A stretch of 64,000 bases of DNA from Octopus bimaculoides (lineage: Eukaryota): positions 86,592,448 to 86,656,447 of the forward strand of contig NC_068981.1 of assembly GCF_001194135.2 (NCBI RefSeq), given 5' to 3'. A program made the position numbers and the translations under genes. Below, in pieces: positions 15,135-25,095 of the stretch. Each line of letters opens with the position of its first letter. The stretch's first letter is position 1. The notes beneath the pieces were generated by a model that did not search any database, was not told the DNA's origin, and was given only the letters and a program-made list of their open reading frames with translations.

Positions 15135-15268
15135 GTATAGGATAAATATGCTGGGGAAGGAAGTAGAATGAGATGATGTCACCTCCCCAACCTAAGTACA
15201 GATGTAGTGTTAGCATCTTTGCATAAGTTTGTGCTGACAGACTGTGATAATTTGGCTTGTTTTCAATA
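14683..15268. repeat. Perfect 128-bp inverted repeat (14683-14810 / 15141-15268)
   Basis: Base-by-base reverse-complement identity over 128 bp, with a 330-bp spacer containing a (TA)n run. Confidence 0.95.
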
Positions 15269-15436
15269 TTTTATTATTAGTAACAATTATTGTACCTAGC
15301 GGACTTATGCTTATCTAGTTCCCTAGACTACAATACTGGCCTCCTCTCATAATAGAGATATGGTTGCATTAGATGTAAGGCAATGTTTTGATACATTCAA
15401 TAAAGTGAAAAGCCTTTTATATGCTGGCAAATACAG
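14816..15436. mobile_element. Non-autonomous Tc1/mariner-superfamily (pogo/Tigger-like) element
   Basis: Left end TA|CTATATTTGCCAGCCTATAAGA; right end reverse-complements to TA|CTGTATTTGCCAGCATATAAAA (19/22 match). TA flanks both sides. Confidence 0.6.
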
Positions 15437-15867
15437 TAAACATATAGAATGTCTGTTTGCACGTGTGTGAGTGTGTGTGTTGCATGTAGGTGGGTTTGCT
15501 TGTGCACATTCATTAAGGCAAAATATTTTTGAATGCAAGATTTTAGTATTGCATAAATTATTTGAATGTGTATATTTTGGGAACATGTTAGTCAAATGGA
15601 AATGAAATTGTCTAGAAATAGAATATGTTTACATAATAGTGCACATATGCAAAGAAAATATCCAACAACAAAAGCAACAAAGAAAACTTGTTAATAGAGT
15701 GTTAACAAATATAATTAAGTATATTGGGTATGAAGTTGTTTGTGCATTAGAAATATTAATAATCCATTATTGAATACTTTAAGTGACTGAGATATCATTT
15801 GTGCTTGTCAAAAAAAAGAAATTGTAGCTACCTTGTGGAAAGAATTTGTTAGTTTGTTTGATTACAG

Positions 15868-15944
15868 AGGTTACACAAAAGGAAAAGTTTGTCTCTAAAT
15901 CTATTACAACAGTGTTAGATTCTAAAAGAATTACCAGCCAGGAA
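15868..15944 (+). CDS. Candidate internal exon, unknown protein (EVTQKEKFVSKSITTVLDSKRITSQE)
   Basis: Acceptor gtttgtttgattacag, donor GAA|gtaagt, one open frame (phase 1 to 0). No homology recognised. Confidence 0.3.
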
Positions 15945-16111
15945 GTAAGTTCTTGTAAAATGTTTGTTTAACTTTGACTATGTTCCTATTTCAAGTTCGA
16001 AACATTTTCCATAATGCATTCCAAACAATTATTTTGGTGGATATTAGTTATTATAGTTCTGAGAAGGAAGTTTTGGAAAATCAAGTAATTTTGGATGAAA
16101 TTCTGACTCTC

Positions 16112-16684
16112 TTAATCATTGTGATTAAATGAATTTTTTATGGACATATTTTGATATAGCTTTGTCTGTAATATATGCTTGTATAATTTTTCTTGAAAGA
16201 TATGTTGGTATTCTTTTACAAGGAAAAGTTCATCACAGGAGTTATACTTTTGAAAATTTATAAAGGTACACTCTTTTTGGCTTTTTAGTTGTTTTGATAA
16301 ATTTTGTTCTTGCTTCAAAAGCAGTAACTGCAATTGTTCTCTTTGTAAATATTCTTTGTATAGGCACGAATCAAAAACATTTTGATTCAGTTTCTTTTGC
16401 AAAAGCAGCTGGAACTGGCTTCTCCTCAAGTGTTCTTGATAATATTTCCGTAGATTTTGTTCATGAAGATGTTGCTTTTGATAATGCTCATGATAATAAG
16501 TCCCTTTTAAATGTTCTCTTAGTTGCCTTTGAAGCAAAAGATCTTGGTAAAATTTTCTCAGAAGTTGCTCCTTTTGATATCTTCTCTGCAGGACATGGCG
16601 ATAATATTCCCTTTGAGATATTTCATAGCTTAAATCTCGAACAAATTTCTCGACAGTGCGTATATCAATATCATTTGATACCAT
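16112..16684 (-). CDS. 190-aa Gln/Leu/Tyr/Lys/Glu-rich helical protein, unknown function (possible terminal exon)
   Basis: Longest non-TE, non-gap ORF; open from 16723. About 27 Gln, no Pro/Ala/Trp, one Gly. Internal repeats YQKEQLLRKFYQD / YQKQHLHEQNLRKYYQE. In-frame acceptor cag| at 16715 and upstream ATG|GTAAGA donor at 17029/17028. Confidence 0.55.
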   Translation of the reverse strand: MVSNDIDIRTVEKFVRDLSYEISQREYYRHVLQRRYQKEQLLRKFYQDLLLQRQLREHLKGTYYHEHYQKQHLHEQNLRKYYQEHLRRSQFQLLLQKKLNQNVFDSCLYKEYLQREQLQLLLLKQEQNLSKQLKSQKECTFINFQKYNSCDELFLVKEYQHIFQEKLYKHILQTKLYQNMSIKNSFNHND

Positions 16685-17031
16685 TGTTGCAAAACAGTAT
16701 ACAGTAAGGGTTTTCTGTGAATTTTACTTCGCAAATAAATGATTTTAAGAGAGTCTTTCATGGAATAGTGAAAATAATATGCATGTATTTGCATGGAAAG
16801 ATGAAAAATATTCTTAAAAAATAATTCGCAAAATAATGATGGAGATTCAAAAACATGATTCATTATATTTCTGAAACAACTGTTGGTTAGGAATTTGAAA
16901 TCTATTATATTTCCTGGGGAAGATTTTAATTGATACATAGTTTTTAAATAGTATGAATTGTGCAGTAAACATAGGCATATTTTAGGAAATGATTTTAAGA
17001 AATCAGTCACATCAAACAATAATCTTACCAT
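16630..17031 (-). other. 133-aa ORF overlapping the 190-aa ORF in another frame (frameshifted 5' half or intron)
   Basis: From the ORF track. It overlaps the downstream open frame across 16630-16723, and its first codons ATG GTA AGA also read as a splice donor. Confidence 0.3.
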
Positions 17032-17361
17032 AATTTATAAAACCAGAGAAAAAAGAACTATGTTATACAGTTCCACAAAGCTAATCAGACTGCATGGTTA
17101 TATATAAAAACATTTATATATGTATATGTGTGTGTGAAATAGACATGCATATAGTTGCAACATCATGACACCAACACTTATTTACGTACATGCAAAGATA
17201 TATCTATACTCAAGTGTTAAATGGTCTACATAACTATGTGTAAAAAAATGTACATTCCCCTCTATTGTTTATGTACATGAGTAAGAATATATACATATTT
17301 GAATAGTAGAAATACAATGATGTAAGACTTTTTACTCATCATCAACTTCTCCATTGTAAAG

Positions 17362-17444
17362 GTAACAGAAGAGCAGTGGTACATAAGCTGGGCTTTCACC
17401 TGACTGATTGGAAGGAAATCAGAAACTATTTGATTGTTTGCCAG
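17362..17444 (+). CDS. Candidate internal exon, unknown protein (GNRRAVVHKLGFHLTDWKEIRNYLIVCQ)
   Basis: Acceptor ttctccattgtaaag, donor CAG|gtatga, 83 bp, single open frame (phase 1 to 0), GC higher than the flanks. No homology recognised. Confidence 0.35.
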
Positions 17445-18498
17445 GTATGAAAACAATTTAAACGTGATTTTCAGTGCAAGATGGATTAATGACTTGCTGC
17501 TAGGCATTATTTGTAGGTATTTATGCAAGTAGGGTGATTATATGTTATATGTGTATACACATATACATAAACATGTAGAGGCACACACACACACACACAT
17601 ACATACACATAAACATACATACACATATACACATACACAAACATATGTGCACTAATTTTATGGAAGGATAAATGTGCTTTTAATTTTCAAAATGTGATTT
17701 GAATAACAGAGAGATATGGTGACTATACAGGTGAAGCACCTGTGTGATCAAGTTACTGAACAAGTGGGTTATTGTTCTATATTTTTGTTTTAGTCTACTT
17801 AGATGCTTGGTTTTAAACACAAGATTCTGCTATAAAAAAAATTGCATTAACAATTTCTAATTATTTGGACACTTATAGAATCTTCAAAGCTGTGCTAGAA
17901 TGATGAAAAAGCAATAACAAGTTATAGACTAACAGTAAAATTTGATATAATTTATGGAGTAATTCATGGAAACAACATAACATAAAATAATACATAAAAT
18001 AATACAAATGTTTCTATCAAAGCTTACTATTGTCTTAATTGTTAATACATCTTAAAGAACTGAAATACTATACACTACTCTTGAGTTCTTGATCATATAA
18101 AAATAGATTGGATGTCAAAACAGATGTAACATGCTTCAATTGATTGGTAAAAAAAAACTAGTAAAACATAATGGAGCCTCTATGTTGTTACTTGATCTAC
18201 TAGAAATAGCAGCTAAATTTCCCTAACATGACACTGTACTGTCATGAAAAAGTAAATGATACACAGGATAATATATTTCTAAACACCCTTAAAAAGACAG
18301 GCTGGACTGCCTTTGATCATAGGTCTGCTTGATTAAGGCTAACCTGGGACTAAACAACAACAAGGTGTAAATAAAGTAACAGTCATATTGTAATAAATAC
18401 CATGTCTTACACATCAAAAATCTGTTCAGATCAACAACACTTAAAAAAAATCTTGTAACAGAAAATAATCCCAGCCACAAGAGAGAGAGAGGGAGAGG

Positions 18499-18545
<47 letters not shown>

Positions 18546-18989
18546 ACACACACACACACACACACACAAAGTGCATTGGCAATGGTGGTTCATCTGTTAA
18601 AAAATATCAATTTTGGTTATTGCTGTTTGATTTGTTAAGAATTTTTATTTTTTGTATCTCATTTTGCTTTTCATCTATTCTGGGTTTCAAGTGCATTTAC
18701 ACCTTCATCATCATCATCGTTTAACGTCTGCTTTCCATACTGGCATGGGTTGGATGGTTTGACTGAGGTCTGGAGAGCTAGCAGCTGCACCAGGCTTGTA
18801 TACACTAATCATTAGCTTCCACATGCAAAACTGACTTAGTATTCTTAACAACAACAAAAAGTGTCTACAAGATTTGCAAATTTTTCTTATCTGTGATTAT
18901 TCAAATATATATATAATGTTTTGCGCACTGTATGGCCTGCAAGCTCTTTTGATTTCCACATTACAACTTGGCTTTCTGGTCCCTTGAAA

Positions 18990-20160
18990 AGTGGATCTCA
19001 AAAAACTTAAAGGTTCTTCCTCTTACTCCTGCTCCCAAACCAAGCATTTGGGGGTTCTTAATGAGTGTTTGAAGTTAAACTATTGGCTTTGCTTCAAACA
19101 CTACACACTTGCAGTGAAACCTCTTAAACTCTCCTCCTTCAATCCACCAGTCTCATCGTTATGCAAACACAGTCACCATTTTCAAAAACATCTCTGATTG
19201 CTCTGACTTCCTCCCCCAGTTATCTTCTGTTATCCTTAAACTGTATTCCACCACTTGCTTCTATCTTGTCCAAATCCTTCAATTTTTCTCTTGTCAAAGG
19301 GATCTTTAGAAATATGCCACAGTGTGTTTCCAGTCCCCAAAAAACCAATCTTGCAAAGATGATAGAGATAGTTGCAATGAGCAACCTATTTCTCACTTTA
19401 AATCTGTTTTCCTTGACTGATTAGCATGGTTTCTGTAGAGATCATAACTACAGGAGACATGCTTTTCTTCCTTACATACTAATGGCCTCTCACTCTTGAG
19501 AAGAATTTTGGTGAAAGGAAGATTGTCATTCTTGGCATCAGAAAAACCTTCAGCATTATCAAGAATGGTGCTCTCCTAGTTAAGTTCCTGGCCTGTGGCC
19601 CCCATCTGCCTCTCATCTCTAGGATCAGAAGTTTCTTTTCAAACTACTCCAGTACAATGTTTGATGGTGGTGTTCTGTTTGATGCAGTTCCATAAGCTAT
19701 AGAAAAGCCTAAGTTTTGCTTATGTTATTGAGATTTTTTCTTCTACATTAAATGATCTACTTTTGTTATATAAACACACATGCCAGCATATCTTTCTACA
19801 TACAGTTGCATATACAACATAGAAATCTCAAGCACTGATTCCATGAATAGAAACATTTTGAAAACATCCTACAATGGGGTCAACATAATCTAGGCTCATT
19901 CAACAGCATCAGGCACATTTGTCAAACTCTTATATTTTCCACCCTCCTTACACATGAACAACTCACAATTAAATTCCTCAAAGTTGATGGCTTCATAATC
20001 CCTGATAATCTTTCACAGTAACCTTACATATATTGCATTGTCAAAACTATCTCAAAGACTAAGTTTCCTCTTCACATTTAGAAAACACTTCAGTCTTATC
20101 AACAGTTGACCCTCTACAAAGCTCAAGGTTAACATTAAAGTACTGTTTGCATAACTAGTA
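18990..20160 (+). mobile_element. Highly degenerate CR1/Jockey-like LINE ORF2 (reverse transcriptase) remnant
   Basis: 19440-19760 reads through stops and frameshifts as the TGD.L..L...W...LE.FGE.KIV.L.I.K.F / LL.K / SFFSN / DG..FDA.PI / L..IND pattern of non-LTR RT domains. Confidence 0.6.
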
Positions 20161-21332
20161 ATGATGCTGCCAATACATATAAATCAGCCAAAAGAAAGTC
20201 AGGCTCACCAATGTGTACTTCTCTCATTATCGCTGTATTTCAACCTCCAGATATCACAATAAAAACTTTCCCCAATCATTCCACCCCAGAACTGGAAATC
20301 TCTCCCATCAGTTTTTCCTGTACACATCCCTCTACAGACATTCAAAATGAAAATTAATAGTAGTGATTGCACCAGACTATGAGGTCATGACTGCAAAGGT
20401 CATGAGTACTGTTCCTTTTCCTCTAACAGAAAGGAAGAGAGAGAGAAAGAGGGAGAAAATACACTCAATTAGTTTATTCAACCATAATTTCTCTTACATT
20501 TCAATGTCCTACATAATTCTTCCACATACTTAACTTTCTTTCTTGACCTTTTAATTGTCTTGTCATGAATTCAATGCTCTTTTCTTTTCCTTTTATTTTG
20601 TTTCAAATAATTCAGTCTATCAGAGACCTCAAGCTATAAGTCTGATATCATTTCCCCTATTACACACAATAATTCCTTACCTTAACATATTTCTGCTTGT
20701 GTTGATAACTAGTATTGATTATTTTAACCCATTAGAAGATGCTTAAAGTTATTAATATATTTCCTACATCTATTCTTAGTCAGTCCCTATAAACCCCAAT
20801 TGAAGTAAATAATTTCCGTTTACTCTAGATTGCATAAGCATTTAAAAGGTCATTCCTGTCAGTTATGACTATTTTCTGTGTCAGCAGGTACAGTGTTAAT
20901 CCAAATAAAGATAATTACTTTGATTAGCAGTCACAAGAAATTTCTGAATTTCATACAACTAGTGCTAAAGATTTTTCTGTTATTTGACTCTTTGTTATAG
21001 GATACAGCTTCATTGATTTTTTGGTGTTCTGTAGCAATCAAAAAATCCCTAACTAGGAAATAATTCTACATAGCAGACTTAGTTTGCTTTTAGCTTCATT
21101 CTACTATGGCTGTACTCATATTATTAGAACCTAGTTAGTTTTCTTTCAGTTATACTTATCAAATTACTCATCAATTACTTTTTGCATTTAAATATAGAGC
21201 ATCTTCACAATATGTGTAATTCTTTTATGTAACAGGTTTCTAGACATGTTAAATGTTGGTTTTCAAATTAGGATAATTTTATAAATTTCTGAATAGGCCT
21301 TGTTTAAGAAAACAATACACTGTGAAAACATA

Positions 21333-21446
<114 letters not shown>

Positions 21447-21461
21447 AAATTAAATAATGAG

Positions 21462-22282
21462 GGTAGAAATTGATATTAATCAATTAAAACCAGTGGCTTA
21501 GCATATTTAAAAAGTCCGAAGATTAAAAATTATATTACATACAAAATTAAAAGGAATGACCACCAAAGTGGATTCCTAATATGCTAAAGATAGACGTCAA
21601 ATCGCCTTACCATGAAGAGTGTATTCTCAAGAAAATTTCAGCAAATGCCAGAATGTAAAAATAAGCAAGACAATAAAAATATACGAAATAAAAAAAACGA
21701 TTACCTACGTACCAATGGTTTTGTTTGTTAATATTTACGAATGTAATTATCTGCAATCTCATCAGCATAGTCTGTCACTTACAAAACACAATTTCCAGAA
21801 CTAGACACAGAATGCTCACCCGGCCTCACCATACCAAAATGAAAACATTTGAAAGATATCCCCAAATATAATTTGCAGAACTTTATACATGCTCTCTTTT
21901 GGGTGAGCATAGCAAGGATGGCACATGTGAATGACGAAGCCACCTTGAGCATAATCCTATGTACCAAAAAATAAAAAGAAGGGGAAAAAGAGAATCACTC
22001 ACTGTAATGCATTTTTTTGCATGACATTATTGCCCGAGGTTACTGTGGTCTTTTCCTTAGTCTTTTCTTTCAATGGATAAACCTAATCTGTTTCCCCTTT
22101 TTACACTATGACAATTCTGTGATACACGATCCCTACTGATCGGCCTTCTTTTTTTTTTTTACGATCCCTTTTGATCAAATTTCTACCCCACCTTTTTTTC
22201 CTTCTTCTCTTCCCAAAAAGAAAAGCTCTACTTTATATTTTGTCCCCTCTGTGTTCAGCCCTCTGTGGTCAATAAAGAAACA

Positions 22283-22313
<31 letters not shown>

Positions 22314-22907
22314 ATATTCTTATATTATTATAAAATCTGGTAATTAGTCATATATTAATTAATATCGAATAATTATCAGGAGGCCAGCACATCTAAAGAA
22401 TCAAAGAGATTCAGAAATATTATCTGCAATCTCAGGGGATTAAGGTACATTTTAAAAAATAACGTCGACCACTAACGTGGACAGTTAATGCGCTAGAAAT
22501 AGATCACATCTTGTGTCTATTAAGACCTAAATTGTTCTCAACATGAAATATAGCAGCATACCAAAAACGTGAGTGAGCAAGACATTTAAAATCACCTAAA
22601 AAAGCATTATTAAACAGGAATTAGTTTCGGATTTAACAAATTCTTACCATTTGTCTATTCCTCATCAACCTGATTTGTAATGTAACCGCAATCATCAGAA
22701 TCGTATACAGAGTTGCCCACCGCCATGGGTGCGCGTGCATATGGTTCTGCTAATTACAGCTTAATGGTAAAATTCAAAAGTCTTCGTTTTGGCGCGCTAA
22801 TTCCAGGAATATATCCGCAGAAAATATTTACTGCGTCTTATATATTCAGTATGAGAACATGAGTAATGGGTAAAATATTATTATAAAATCTGGTAATTAG
22901 TCATATA
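21462..22907. repeat. Unclassified CpG-retaining interspersed repeat interrupted by an insertion
   Basis: The two halves (21462-21761 and 22419-22907) are bracketed by an identical 16-bp direct repeat, ATTATCTGCAATCTCA, at 21746-21761 and 22419-22434. Confidence 0.45.
21899..22283 (+). mobile_element. 5'-truncated Tx1/L1-clade LINE 3' end
   Basis: ORF2 C-terminus WVSIARMAHVNDEATLSIIL resembles the end of the Tx1 copy at 55.8-56.3 kb. A pyrimidine-rich 3'UTR follows, with AATAAA at 22271 and then (TATC)n. Confidence 0.6.
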
Positions 22908-23097
22908 ATCTCTTTGATTCTTTAGATGTGCTGGCCTCCTGATAATTATTCGATATTAATTAATATATGACTAATTACCAGATTTTATAATAATATTTTA
23001 CCCATTACTCATGTTCTCATACTGAATATATAAGACACAGTAAATATTTTCTGCGGATATATTTCTGGAATTAGCGCGCCAAAATGAAGACTTTTGA
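22774..23097. repeat. 134-bp inverted repeat hairpin (22774-22907 / 22964-23097), 56-bp loop
   Basis: Arms match with 3 mismatches. In addition, 22907-22996 is a perfect reverse complement of 22322-22411 (90 bp). Confidence 0.9.
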
Positions 23098-23283
23098 GCA
23101 TCTCTGCAGTGATTCCTGATGGGCCGGGGGCTTTCCCGGTCTTCATACTCTTAATTGCTTTATCTACCCTGGTACTATCAACTCGGATAGCTGGTCCCTC
23201 TATTGGGTCGACATACGGCAGGCTCTCTTTCTCCCATTCATTCTCTTTATTAAGCAATCTATCGTAGTGGCATCTCCAGACCT
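23092..23283 (-). mobile_element. Inverted 5' segment of an RTE LINE
   Basis: Minus strand encodes LLNKENEWEKESLPYVDPIEGPAIRVDSTRVDKAIKSMKTGKAPGPSGITAEMLK. Confidence 0.85.
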
Positions 23284-23299
23284 CTTTCTTCTATCCCAA

Positions 23300-24321
23300 G
23301 TCAAAGGGACTCTCACTCAGAGTAAAAGGCAGACTGTATGACGCATGCGTACGAACAACCATGCTACATGGCAGTGAAACATGGGCTGTAACTGCTGAGG
23401 ACATACGTAAGCTCGCAAGGAATGAAGCCAGTATGCTCCGTTGGATGTGTAATGTCAATGTGAATACCCGTCAGAGTGTAAGTATCTTGAGAGAAAAGCT
23501 GAACATTAGAAGCATCAGTTGTGGCGTGCAAGAGAGACGATTGCGCTGGTATGGACATGTGGTGNNNNNNNNNNNNNNNNNNNNNNNNNNNNNNNNNNNN
23601 NNNNNNNNNNNNNNNNNNNNNNNNNNNNNNNNNNNNNNNNNNNNNNNNNNNNNNNNNNNNNNNNNNNNNNNNNNNNNNNNNNNNNNNNNNNNNNNNNNNN
23701 NNNNNNNNNNNNNNNNNNNNNNNNNNNNNNNNNNNNNNNNNNNNNNNNNNNNNNNNNNNNNNNNNNNNNNNNNNNNNNNNNNNNNNNNNNNNNNNNNNNN
23801 NNNNNNNNNNNNNNNNNNNNNNNNNNNNNNNNNNNNNNNNNNNNNNNNNNNNNNNNNNNNNNNNNNNNNNNNNNNNNNNNNNNNNNNNNNNNNNNNNNNN
23901 NNNNNNNNNNNNNNNNNNNNNNNNNNNNNNNNNNNNNNNNNNNNNNNNNNNNNNNNNNNNNNNNNNNNNNNNNNNNNNNNNNNNNNNNNNNNNNNNNNNN
24001 NNNNNNNNNNNNNNNNNNNNNNNNNNNNNNNNNNNNNNNNNNNNNNNNNNNNNNNNNNNNNNNNNNNNNNNNNNNNNNNNNNNNNNNNNNNNNNNNNNNN
24101 NNNNNNNNNNNNNNNNNNNNNNNNNNNNNTCGAGCGTGGCCGTTTTCGTGCGGGTGACACGTAAAAGCACCCACTACACTCTCTGAGTGGTTGGCGTTAG
24201 GAAGGGCATCCAGCTGTAGAAACTCTGCCAAATCAGACTGGAGCCTGGTGTTGCCATCCGGTTTCACCAGTCCTCAGTCAAATCGTCCAACCCATGCTAG
24301 CATGGAAAGCGGACGTTAAAC

Positions 24322-24352
<31 letters not shown>
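23300..24352 (+). mobile_element. Young RTE LINE 3' part (gap inside)
   Basis: RVKGRLYDACVRTTMLHGSETWAVTAEDIRKLARNEASMLRWMC...QERRLRWYGHV. CpGs are retained and the element ends in a (GAT)n tail at 24352. Confidence 0.9.
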
Positions 24353-24559
24353 CTCTTCTAGCCACCAACCCTTGCCTATTTTTAAAATAAGGAATCTTTT
24401 AGCCCCAAAGTCCTTGAATGCACAGTCATAATGTCAACATTATCACTGCTTCACTCAAGTGGTGACAAATGTGGAGTGTCAAAATATGCACAAATTTGTG
24501 TGGTGTGGGCACACACACATTTGAAAGGTTTCCTGTACTATCTGTCTCACTGAATTCCC

Positions 24560-24695
24560 TCATAATGCAATGGTCAACTCAAGGCTACAGGGCTACAGTA
24601 GAAGATATTTTCCCTACATTCCATATAGTGGGGCTGAACCTGAAACCAGGTGGTTGCAATGTAAACTTATTGACTACAAAGCTATGCCTGTGCTC
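24560..24695 (-). mobile_element. tRNA-derived SINE 5' remnant (family of 48727-49115)
   Basis: Minus strand GCACAGGCATAGCTTTGTAG...GGTTTCAGGTTCAGCCCCAC...TCTTCTACTGTAGCC aligns with the head of the full-length copy. Confidence 0.6.
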
Positions 24696-25095
24696 CCACC
24701 TATGTTGATGCCTCCCAGCCACGTCCGTACCACCCAGCCACGTCCGTACCACCCAGCCATGTCCATACCTCCCAGCTATGTCCGTACCTTACAGACATGC
24801 TTGTGCCTTACAACCACACCTATGCCTCCCAGCTGTATCTGTAACTCCCAGCTGTGCTTGTGACTCCAGCTGTGCCCATGTCTCACATGCTCACATCCAT
24901 GCTTGGGCCTCTCACTTGTGCCCATGCTTCTCAGCCATTCATGTGTCTCCCAGTCATGCCTGTGCCTCCCAGCCATAACTGTGCCACCCAGCTAAGCTGC
25001 ACCTCACTACTGCCTCCCAGCTATGCCTTTGTTTCCCCCAGTTACACCTGTGCCTCCCAGCCATGCCTGTGTCATGGAGTCATGCCCGTGCCTAT
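24680..25095. repeat. Degenerate 19-bp minisatellite (~20 units, consensus TCCCAGCCATGCCTGTGCC)
   Basis: CCCAGC cores recur at 24714, 24733, 24752 and 24771 (19-bp period), with more diverged units running to ~25095. Confidence 0.85.

Noticed and set aside
16630-16723. Programmed -1 frameshift joining the 133-aa and 190-aa ORFs
   Set aside because: No X_XXY_YYZ slippery heptamer in the correct frame within the overlap.
17335-17405. Minus-strand peptide SPAYVPLLFCYLYNGEV resembling a BTB-domain motif
   Set aside because: Only 17 residues, bounded by stops, with no flanking BTB sequence found; probably coincidental.
24680-25095. Regularly spaced repeats superficially like a CRISPR array
   Set aside because: Contiguous degenerate tandem units without unique spacers, in a eukaryotic context with no cas genes.
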